DNA of 62,167 nt, counting the filler. It is 4 parts of 4 records of this genome, joined end to end, with 100 filler letters (N's around TTAATTAATTAA, not from the genome) between each part and the next. Parts side by side here need not be neighbours in the genome. Positions count along the whole stretch, not along the records: positions 41,235 to 53,446 come from DRR723986_7833; positions 53,547 to 62,167 come from DRR723986_7855; 2 more parts are not named here. One strand, given 5' to 3'. Positions 50,501-56,266 of this stretch are shown here, in pieces. A program made the translations under genes and the position numbers. Position 1 is the first letter of the stretch; every line of letters begins with the position of its first letter. Below the pieces are notes generated by a model. That model saw only the letters and a program-made list of their open reading frames with translations. It made no database searches and was not told the DNA's origin.

Positions 50501-51540
50501 GCCGGCTTGTTGGGCACAAAACGCACAGTTGCGCCGGCAGCTTCGTTAAAGGCCACGTATTCGGAGCCGGAGCCGCCGGGCATCATGCGCGTTACGCCAC
50601 CGCTGCCACTGGCTTTGACGTTAAAGTCACCACAAGGAGTGACGTAGAAAAAACTCTGATCGCCAATGAAGTCCGGACTGATTTGCAGTACCAAACGCGC
50701 ACCGTCACCGGGCTGAATTGAGACCGGGTGCCCCAGGTTAGTACGGAAGTAACTGCCGACGCGTTCCTGGCTGCTAAACGCAAAGTAGGTCCGGTTTTCG
50801 CTCAGGCGATTGGCCGGATCGTAGACCATCGTAAATGGAATGGCCGCGCCGTTTTCAAAGTTAAACACGCTGAAACGGATCGGCAGAATTTCTTCGTCGT
50901 CATTCGGCATAAAATAGCTGCACGAAGTGCGCATGCCGTCCAGATTTTCTTCGCTAAACTCCAGCGCACCGCACAGTTGGCCGGCGCTGCTTTGCCCCAG
51001 CGAAATCACGAGCGGGTCAGCGATATTAACCGTTCGTGCCGGAGTCGAAAGTCCACCGGTAATGACGGAATTAGGAAATTCCGGCTGTGGCGTGAGTTCA
51101 AAGCTCAATCCATCCTGTGTTAACACAAGCTGGTTGCCCTTACTTACACGTACGATATTCGGCTCAAAGCGGAAGTCCATGCGCTCGTCGGTAACGGCCG
51201 CGTCCGGAGCACCACTAACCTGCAGGCTGTTAAGCACCAGGCTGGGGCCGGAGGCATCCCAGCTAACAACCCAAGCAAAGCGGGTTGTGCGGTCGATTTC
51301 CTGCTGCGCGCGGAATGCCTTAACGAATTCCGTTAAGTCTTCCGGTTCGGTGGCTGCAAAGACGTAACTGCCGTTCGCATCGGCCCAGGCCTCCGCAGCT
51401 GTTAACTCCGGCGGCGCGTTATTGCTTGTGCGCAGTACAAAGGCAAACCAGGAGCCCACAGCTCCCTCGCCTTCAGCATACACCGGAAGGTAGACTCCCG
51501 GCTGCGCGTCCATCTGTTTAAAGTTCATTATTGTATTCAC
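41545..51540 (-). CDS. giant uncharacterised protein (3331 aa)
   Basis: uninterrupted ~10-kb ORF with protein-like composition and a downstream terminator; function not recognised; start could be GTG 51540 or a nearby ATG. Confidence 0.9.
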   Translation of the reverse strand: MNTIMNFKQMDAQPGVYLPVYAEGEGAVGSWFAFVLRTSNNAPPELTAAEAWADANGSYVFAATEPEDLTEFVKAFRAQQEIDRTTRFAWVVSWDASGPSLVLNSLQVSGAPDAAVTDERMDFRFEPNIVRVSKGNQLVLTQDGLSFELTPQPEFPNSVITGGLSTPARTVNIADPLVISLGQSSAGQLCGALEFSEENLDGMRTSCSYFMPNDDEEILPIRFSVFNFENGAAIPFTMVYDPANRLSENRTYFAFSSQERVGSYFRTNLGHPVSIQPGDGARLVLQISPDFIGDQSFFYVTPCGDFNVKASGSGGVTRMMPGGSGSEYVAFNEAAGATVRFVPNKPAFAPKALRDQCTTDFEALENPSLLTGEVTTAWIEMGPPAPTNGNGANAAADGDAPSDYYAQPISSALFAQTGEFSKSDVLGFLELNSGALTLDGKSFPVTPLGRIDLNNGYYSVSDVKKLLDRAVAPDRRKKITPIPPSGSSGTPIAATTNQGVVADVDVDASRWKTIKLAQTTEENGNVVTVQINEVTEDLQNALQADNSFIVASKQGSLGRFTGSRDTSGTIPITGWEFDLEPRGAESTIMLMKFYDGIALETLIDCVELWSTPTAFNNPEDLPLVHSTIKATLTRAIENATDPNWRALAEAAVNPRWSGVLVFNVPVPPSGLPNEIRGITAGMDLSQFKAAYFGIDVNLIRSGAQGPELQQSSLFALIDYSEPDFTPATTCYDFHVELLRVLFTNTQIRDFACRVKVAINTLWDEAVSQKGVDDNIITINGGYVDADGQSHYSFVTLGAFEFDTVDTESIVSGMQISQIEFSTVYTDPLEAVDYDDPMTITSLFSIWGSMRFRNLATGESGTKNADIFSYESLAVSGVGILMQNEINVTPEPPLLFAFDPRSAILNPKAANSKLRDNSLLKGFPIKLSSLRMGPSPDNYIEDMADCKPGKTFKPADDGFFTIDIPTDEPVGLQAPRYSFFAELDLGTLGALVSFGQGLSAQVLLGWDGSQWNMWIKLPSIAGGKQEFDLMGILQLTFELIRLEFFPDENEDIVFVLMLGGFQLKMFNKIDITVSMRMDLMLFADPNNTSNGSTTNLGWYFGYSNTADAIALPPKNPDEPGEPEEGNPGAAKSRRAKLALKEDDPQNGNNNEDDPPKDDDKAWLSVAYLGLGQRVGPDTSDPNKFRSVSEVLKYMMEELPSSSMDRAELMTALRAFYHSDRNWLIGAQFTLFEAVTLGGVFNDPVLYGLLVKVVQKGKFENFEFQIMYKKITDDIGVYAANLTLPDSLRKLDFKKFTIFLPSIGVQIFTNGNFRIDIGYPADITDFSNSFGVTIIVFQGKGGLYFGYLNGITSSTLSVPSGAILDPVLEMGIALSVGLGKELKSGPFKAKLSLTVNGSIEGAAGWILEGGKSTIFSVPDAWLLQGQLALVGNISGEADFGIVKAGISLKVSVAIGARWQNDEPFLIWFEAKVEVKAWAKIGVKVFGIKIQIKVSFKFKATFREEWLIDDGKKTSANKLATPSAFRLAAAPVISWTPSKVFNDAPLDLPVWFSPQTTVIDSNGKLAAQAVTSLLVESPSNETPPTEGSWRDTAFNRLAATMLSWSIKLHDSVPDSDNILDHTVSQESLTSLMEMLDLPPTLATSVDGSTPLDYATLTDFIKLNFTMIVGLPEANPEDGNATTFPIIPQSLVRTENQAGDPINVDFADVNLRTRQFEQDLAEYFRLLSVSDDILSDLDEMARKMMAVDGVSMPTIVFQDYFALVMKSAVQLAQQMLTDSEASAITVSDLLDDMYSSNQFGQVSGMASRFMNHGLRVPNPNGGEFPSDRDVWPEIETKALYEQTGQQFALNLQPVSEEEQPEYTIFYENTDADWYSMNGVVKVEIDDEGRAEIERLEHSSIDPGDVRAALEEFSEPADVTFALQTVTAWDDSGTARSLYPFTDSLRQKLVSNNPLKLAWKEGSTGEVYESVGGDPISVTYRLTTQLTITAQQIPDARQAGATLSNVYQLGGTSESDRDILERLLLDGPAIESIKILYAGQGDDSGGQGAISDVLDPSEILLVKTNLSTESNPNTSPMAKMALDAAYQPDPEFSATMADTNSFLRLIDELSIVNSGGYYLFYKNSAGNALPDYLFEDGNQIELTLMVVLQTEQQPAGQNVAEYINTIQLDRTAPTPESSANGAVFFADAVDETTYHAVLSPGTAAFRIERSNPTAVFDLPASVAPNAKRRTKLNQFEVVDALRAAGIAPNSAEFKAALDDDQLTESDLNNLYSLLEFFLKDDGGFKRSTQGLPVGPTEQDEDVVQEAVDEAEWRYRQALAIASFFKDPVPPAYTSDIITGTSPYAGVGNTAGMQYNFVDLFGNRLDSSSGVLNIPVRYFDELIPPNQWPSIDSWFLVTQKEGQSGTGDLTIAFVFNKESFVEGTLDAEDILQTKAQYRRIFYQLADAGTSFDVATTLAPEYSGAPDSEEIRTALCEFVENIYKFLDDITNGVAVDDSPIETRLTLTIDRADRDKQSSDIAEILVNLTIERSDNLDAQAVERMPTVKTAVTSIAPMTQVGDGLDQNPADTNNSLEFFAREFEAAFTELKAASGVDDIGTANLWSVRLDLVSSSAADADTQGIDVNILNNPIYYAPKPLSRTLWQGTVGIVQYDDNGWPLRDGNGQIIATPEQISGLDLDDTAQAFLEAVDIVLGPESAVNARQLNPEAFDTILSSKQLLADSIVEGLTFILDVDAGRAGGDNLIAAKETLRQQLLIQLTQAYTLQAVLQYPVGVKSEFSGQDAPRLFGSVRRPGLSEEPVLDDATDNSTLSTAKIRVSPDAGSSGSPNSRLTFTLDSNVAAGRRALELPLEYALSHLEHDFRAAPDGAREYRSSSWLTFLTPNTVVDMGIANVPLPLREYPTPPTLVSQNPCSGEYEGSGSVLDRARSWYYLYSYEHDDVEQDSIITEIEYNLAPDNFAAMAKMAVTIPLSHWLARFSREYPVLQPLLNELSGDNPGEAASNALSAFAELVQGAANSWKAWVTGNNSANQRISAEGGTDRFEVSHPDESGAIRVERIQQATGFWPSILEPRDGLWFKFDQHEVEGKPETRVYGPGGELVEQPACTPANTRLSVAPRGMSAQAEADATELVRMFVMDKLNILEYENAWSGIRLERNRQLSFNPSTGEFFDVNPNFVYQTPLVRFVNVASPLTDTEECIDLAALPGVDPDWDTLAPYLQNLFNLLFGADSTARMRVGALYGFTIFHGQTQTEDVCEQDGIVTLLPVFLREPFNLNSNTAHELSCATSSWFEQNQPAVQDGFFAFDIAVFSELTSSNLPLLRMRNIRIALNKISQPEPGCE

Positions 51541-51683
51541 TCAAGTGGGTGGATAAACATTTTTGCCAACTCTGGACGCCGAATTCGCAGGAACAGTGAA
51601 ACTGGCTGCAGATTCGGCGCATTTGAGCTGTGGTCATCAAGGACATCGACAATCAGCGGCCTGGGCATTGGAACCCGGCGACT

Positions 51684-51717
51684 TAACAAAAAGAAAAAGT
51701 AAGCCACCGCGTGTCAA
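51684..51717 (-). promoter_or_regulatory. possible promoter region of the giant gene
   Basis: minus-strand TTGACA at 51712-51717 followed by GGCTTACTTTTTCTTTTTGTTA, loosely like the dispersed repeat; no convincing -10 box at 17 bp. Confidence 0.25.
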
Positions 51718-51822
51718 CAGAGGGGGCGAAGCGCTCATGCAGAATCCGATCCGGACAAGTAATCATTGCCAAAACAGATTTGCGTTTGCTGTGCCCACTA
51801 TGCTCCCTGTTATCACTGGAGT

Positions 51823-53115
51823 TTAATCACCAGGGTTGGGCCAGCTAATGTCAATCATATCTCCGCGCACAACCGGAAGGTCAAAAGCATCCAGGCCAAG
51901 CATATTCGGCGCTGGAACATTTTTAACAAAGTTAACGGGATAGTACTTGCGGTTAAAATTGCGCCACACGTTAAAGTCAGGCCCAAGGCGGAACGGCAGC
52001 CAGTTCCAGTACGAATCGAGCAAGTTACGCACGGTAGTTCCCATGGAAACCAAATCGGTCTGTCCCTGCAAATTAACCAGAGTGCGCGGCAGAATAATAT
52101 CGCGGCCGCGGAAGATGCTACACTGGATGGAGCGCAGATTATTGGCAAGGTCATCACTGCTCGCGCAAGTTCCGCTGTTAATATATGCCTCGGTGGCCTT
52201 GGCCATATCTTCGAGTGAATCCGTTCCAATGATTGTGACGTTATTGGCGATATCACTCACACCGGCACCACTGCTGACGAACTGTGGCGGATAAAACAAG
52301 CGCAGGTAGTAACGTGCATTGCCTTTGGCTACCAGGTCGATAATTCCACCCGCAATAATTATCGGGCCATCACCAGTTCCCGATCCGGCTTGAATTTCGG
52401 GCGGACGAATGGCGCCCAGGAAACCGTCAAATGTTAAGCGTTTATCGGAGCTGCGTTCCACAACCATATAGTCGGACGTGCCCACGCCTACAAAACCGTT
52501 AAGTGCCTGACCGGACTGGCCGCTGCCCGCATACTGGTAGGATGCGGTATCGATCCGGATATTGGTTCCGGCCTGCAAATCCACATATGCTTCCGAATTG
52601 TTAAGTCCATTGTAGAAGAACAGGGACTCTTCAATTGATAGCGGCAGATTTTCGGCCACCTGCTGTGTTAATATTGAAAGCGACCCCTGCACGAGGCAGC
52701 CATTGCGTTCCATTGTTTCAATTTGCTGACGAAAAATGTCAAATGCCTGTTTCAGTTCCGCTCGGTCAGCCGTTTTATTGGTCCACACGGCGCCGGGCTG
52801 CACGGTAATCAGCGCGTTAAGTGGTTTAACAGTTGACTCGCGTTTAAGCGAAAAGATATTATTGCCCGACGGTGGGGTTTCGCCTGCGGTAATCACGCAG
52901 CCACCCGGCCCATCGGTAGTTACAAAAACATCCGGCACCACAAAACAAAATGGCTCACGTTTTTGCTGCGTAGTAAAGTTCGCCAGCGGCGGCGGAATAA
53001 TATAGGGCTGATTCGCATCGGAATTATCGTTCGGCCCACTGAACGCATTAGTAACAGATATTACCGACGCCCATTCGCTTACAGGTACCGGGTTGCAAAC
53101 TGAATCACTGGCCAT
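51823..53115 (-). CDS. hypothetical protein (~430 aa) with possible C-terminal beta-grasp (ThiS/SLBB-like) domain
   Basis: AGGAG RBS 6 nt before ATG 53115; C-terminus LVNLQGQ..VSMGTTVRNLL...DLPVVRGDMIDI. Confidence 0.8.
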   Translation of the reverse strand: MASDSVCNPVPVSEWASVISVTNAFSGPNDNSDANQPYIIPPPLANFTTQQKREPFCFVVPDVFVTTDGPGGCVITAGETPPSGNNIFSLKRESTVKPLNALITVQPGAVWTNKTADRAELKQAFDIFRQQIETMERNGCLVQGSLSILTQQVAENLPLSIEESLFFYNGLNNSEAYVDLQAGTNIRIDTASYQYAGSGQSGQALNGFVGVGTSDYMVVERSSDKRLTFDGFLGAIRPPEIQAGSGTGDGPIIIAGGIIDLVAKGNARYYLRLFYPPQFVSSGAGVSDIANNVTIIGTDSLEDMAKATEAYINSGTCASSDDLANNLRSIQCSIFRGRDIILPRTLVNLQGQTDLVSMGTTVRNLLDSYWNWLPFRLGPDFNVWRNFNRKYYPVNFVKNVPAPNMLGLDAFDLPVVRGDMIDISWPNPGD

Positions 53116-53381
53116 GGAGTACTCCTGCGGCATGCCGCAAAGTTTGAGGTGTTACGTAAAACAGGTGCTGTCACACCAGCGGCGGCTCTCAGTGAAGGCG
53201 GTTGAGGCAGCGTATTGGCGTGAGTCGCTCGGAGATTTCAGGTTATTCCCCATCGCAACCGTGCACAGTGGATCTTCCAAGAAGAACTGGAAAGCGATAA
53301 GTCCCGGAAATTGGCAATTTCCCGAGAATCACCCAAACAAATCTGCATTCGGTGGAAAAGTTTTGCTCGCAATGTGTGGCA

Positions 53382-53446
53382 GATTGCAGCGCCTGCGGCG
53401 GCTTAGGCCTTGCCCAGGCTTGCTTTTTGAGGGTTTTGTTTGTTAT
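53382..53446 (+). repeat. bipartite dispersed repeat, copy B (at contig end)
   Basis: GATTGCAGCGCC-N23-GGCTTGCTTTTTGAGGGTTTTGTTTGTTAT. Confidence 0.8.
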
Positions 53447-53546
53447 NNNNNNNNNNNNNNNNNNNNNNNNNNNNNNNNNNNNNNNNNNNNTTAATTAATT
53501 AANNNNNNNNNNNNNNNNNNNNNNNNNNNNNNNNNNNNNNNNNNNN
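53447..53546. other. artificial contig-joining linker
   Basis: 44 N + TTAATTAATTAA + 44 N. Confidence 0.98.
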
Positions 53547-53547
53547 G

Positions 53548-53718
53548 ATCCAGGAGAACATCAAGAAGCCGCTCGCCGAGGAACTGCTCTTCGGCAAGTT
53601 GACCAAGGGCGGCGTCGTCAAGGTCGCCGTCAAGGATGGCGAACTGGTGCTGAACCTCGAGGGGCCGGACCACCCGCGCCTGAGCTCCAAGAAACCGCCG
53701 CTGCTGACGGCGGACTGA
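53548..53718 (+). CDS. clpA: ATP-dependent Clp protease ATP-binding subunit ClpA, C-terminal fragment (not in the ORF track)
   Basis: translates IQENIKKPLAEELLFGKLTKGGVVKVAVKDGEL...KKPPLLTAD*, a typical alphaproteobacterial ClpA end. Confidence 0.85.
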   Translation: MQENIKKPLAEELLFGKLTKGGVVKVAVKDGELVLNLEGPDHPRLSSKKPPLLTAD

Positions 53719-53735
53719 CAGACCGATCAGGGATT

Positions 53736-53764
53736 GGGGCGCCTTCCGGGGCGCCCCTTTTTCT
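53736..53764 (+). terminator. Rho-independent terminator after clpA
   Basis: GGGGCGCC-TTCCGG-GGCGCCCC-TTTTT. Confidence 0.85.
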
Positions 53765-53929
53765 TGCGATATCGGGCCAGCCTACCGAGGGCCGCGTGTT
53801 GCGGTGAACCCTCCGGGGGCCATCCGTGACACGGTCCGCCCCGGCGACGGGCCAGCACAGGGCAACCGCCGGCCACCGGATGGGTCGTGGCGACCGACGC
53901 GCCCGCAAACGCGCGACAACAGCGTCAGC

Positions 53930-55075
53930 TCACGCTTTCACCCGGCCAGTCAGCCGGAACTTCACGCCCTCGGGCCGGAAATCCAGATGCGCGTCGCCGT
54001 CGAAATAGGACGCCACGATCTGTTCGATCAATCTGGACCCGAACCCGCGCCGGGCCGGTTCCTCGACAGTCGGCCCCCCGGCCTCGATCCACTCGAAGAA
54101 GAACCCGCTCTCACAGGCCCCCCAGGCAATCGAGACGCGGCCGGTGGCATTCGACAAGGCCCCGTATTTGGCCGCGTTCGTTGCCAGTTCATGGACGGCC
54201 AGCGACAGGCCAAGCGCCTGCTGCGAGTCGAGCGGCATCCGAGGACCGGCAAAGGTCAGACGCTCCCCCGCAACGCGATGCGGGGCGAGGGCCGCTTCGA
54301 TGATGGGATGAATGTCCGTCGTTTCGAAATTGGCCCCCGCAAGGATATCCTGAGCGCGGGACAACGCCCCGAGCCTTGCGGCGATCGCGGCACGCCCCTC
54401 TTCGAGGCTTTGCACCTGCCGGAGCGTCTGGGTGGCGATGGCCTGAACGATCGCGAAGATGTTCTTCATGCGATGCGCGAGTTCGTCGTTCAGCAGCCTC
54501 TGAAGCTCTTCGGCATTCTTGCGGTCGCTGACGTCCGAGGCGGCCCCCATCCAGCTTGTGATCTCTCCGCCTTCGCCGAAAAGCGGCACCGCGCGGGACA
54601 TGGCCCAGCCCACCGAACCGTCGACGCGGTTCACCTTGTGTTCGAGGTTGTAGGTGTCCCTCTCTGCGATGGCGCGCCGGATTTCCTCGCGCACGAGATC
54701 GCGGTGCTCTTCCGGGATATACTCTTCCAGCCAGTTCGCATTGCTCGCAGCGGTATCGGGGATGAACCCGCCACCGGACAGTTGCGCAAGTTCGCTCCAA
54801 TCCGCATTCAGCCGATAGCGGACCTCCGACGAGGACCGGATCAGCGCATCGAGTTGCGCGACAAGCTCTGCGCGATCCTGCCGGGCCTGGGTGGCGTCGC
54901 GATCCGCCGCCCCGCGGATGGCGTCGGCCTCTGCCGCCTCGGCCCGGGTCTTGGTGCGCTCGGCGCGCAGCGCGGCAATCTCGGCCCTGAGGGCTGCATT
55001 CTCGGCGCGCAGGTCCGCATCGACATCGAGGATCTTGTCGTCGGCTTGCGGATTCGGTCGTTCGGAGAGGGTCAC
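53930..55075 (-). CDS. PAS-domain HWE-family sensor histidine kinase
   Basis: PAS/PAC (WAMSRAVP..WMGAASDVSDRK), ELAHRMKN H-box, HELATNAAKYGALS, WIEAGGP; GTG 55075 with AGGA RBS preferred over 55336. Confidence 0.88.
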   Translation of the reverse strand: MTLSERPNPQADDKILDVDADLRAENAALRAEIAALRAERTKTRAEAAEADAIRGAADRDATQARQDRAELVAQLDALIRSSSEVRYRLNADWSELAQLSGGGFIPDTAASNANWLEEYIPEEHRDLVREEIRRAIAERDTYNLEHKVNRVDGSVGWAMSRAVPLFGEGGEITSWMGAASDVSDRKNAEELQRLLNDELAHRMKNIFAIVQAIATQTLRQVQSLEEGRAAIAARLGALSRAQDILAGANFETTDIHPIIEAALAPHRVAGERLTFAGPRMPLDSQQALGLSLAVHELATNAAKYGALSNATGRVSIAWGACESGFFFEWIEAGGPTVEEPARRGFGSRLIEQIVASYFDGDAHLDFRPEGVKFRLTGRVKA

Positions 55076-55293
55076 GTCAATGGTTCCTGCTGGCCATATG
55101 TTTCGAAGCAATACCCCAGTTTGCCGCATCCTGTCGAACGCCGATCGGGCACCGGCCGAGGAACGCCGGGGAACTGCGCCCGGAACCGGCGAAATTGCAC
55201 CACAATTGGCCCGGCGCGGGCGTGCGGGGCGCCCCTTTCCCTTTGCCCGCGCCTCTGTCACGCTGTCCCCGCCCCCAGATGCCGGAGCCCGCG

Positions 55294-56247
55294 ATGCGCA
55301 TAGCCCCCCTGTTCCTGCTCGCCGCCCTGCCCGCACAGGCGCAGGACCTGACGCTGGCCTTCCCGCTCGACTGCACCCTCGGGACGGATTGCTACATCGA
55401 GGATTACGTCGATCAGGACGCCGAACCCGGGCGGCAGCGCGACTTTGCCTGTGGCTTCAACGCCCGCGACGACCATCGGGGCACGGATTTCGCGCTTTTG
55501 TCCTTCGACGCCATCGAGACCGGCGTGACCATACGCGCGGCGGCGCCGGGGCGCGTGCTGCGCACCCGGGACGAGATGCCGGACGACCGGCTTATGCGCG
55601 GCGTGACGGAGCAGACCGCCTGCGGCAACGCAGTGCTGATCGACCACGGGGCCGGCTGGCAGACGATGTATTGCCACATGCGGCGCGGTTCCGTCGCCGT
55701 GGCGCCCGGGGACCGGGTCGAGACGGGCACGGCGCTTGGTCTCGTGGGTCTGTCGGGACAGACCAATCACCCGCATCTGCATCTGACGGTCACGAAAGAC
55801 GGGCAGGTCGTCGACCCCTTCCGCCCCGATGCCCAGCCCGGCACTTGTGGCGAGCCGGGCGCGACGCTTTGGCAGGACCCGCCCGCTTATGTGAAGACCG
55901 GCCTTGTGACGGCAGGCTTCTCCACCGGCGTTCCCGAATTCGACGCCATCCGCGACGGCTCTGCCCGCGCGGAATACGGCGCGCCGTCCCTGCCGCTGGT
56001 GGTCTACGGGCTGATGGGTTTCGCCCGGAAGGGTGACGTTCTGGAGCTGTCCGCAACCGGTCCCGAAGGCGAGATCTTTCGCCATTCGGTGCTGATGAAG
56101 ACGACGCAGAACAGCGCCTTTCAGGCTTTCGGCAAGAAGGCCCCGCCCGGCGGCTGGCCCTTGGGCGAATACCTCGGAAAGGCGCTTCTGACGCGGCAGG
56201 GCACGGTGATCGCGCATCGGTTCGCGCATATCGAGGTCCGGCCCTAG
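55294..56247 (+). CDS. M23 family metallopeptidase
   Basis: signal peptide, HRGTDF (HxxxD), YCHM, HPHLH (HxH); GGAG RBS. Confidence 0.9.
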   Translation: MRIAPLFLLAALPAQAQDLTLAFPLDCTLGTDCYIEDYVDQDAEPGRQRDFACGFNARDDHRGTDFALLSFDAIETGVTIRAAAPGRVLRTRDEMPDDRLMRGVTEQTACGNAVLIDHGAGWQTMYCHMRRGSVAVAPGDRVETGTALGLVGLSGQTNHPHLHLTVTKDGQVVDPFRPDAQPGTCGEPGATLWQDPPAYVKTGLVTAGFSTGVPEFDAIRDGSARAEYGAPSLPLVVYGLMGFARKGDVLELSATGPEGEIFRHSVLMKTTQNSAFQAFGKKAPPGGWPLGEYLGKALLTRQGTVIAHRFAHIEVRP

Positions 56248-56266
56248 GGGCGCCCCCGCGCGCGGA

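Noticed and set aside
41545-51540. Giant protein as RHS/Tc toxin, RTX adhesin, NRPS/PKS, tape measure or LysM protein
   Set aside because: No YD or GGxGxD repeats, no catalytic module motifs, no helical repeat pattern and no recognisable LysM repeat
40127-53446. CRISPR array interpretation of the conserved-variable-conserved repeat
   Set aside because: Copies are dispersed and not tandem, the two boxes differ from each other, and no cas genes are present
29546-53546. Repeated TTAATTAATTAA flanked by N runs, and apparent gene neighbourhoods across them
   Set aside because: Artificial 100-bp linkers; adjacency across them has no biological meaning and the composition shifts are not genomic islands
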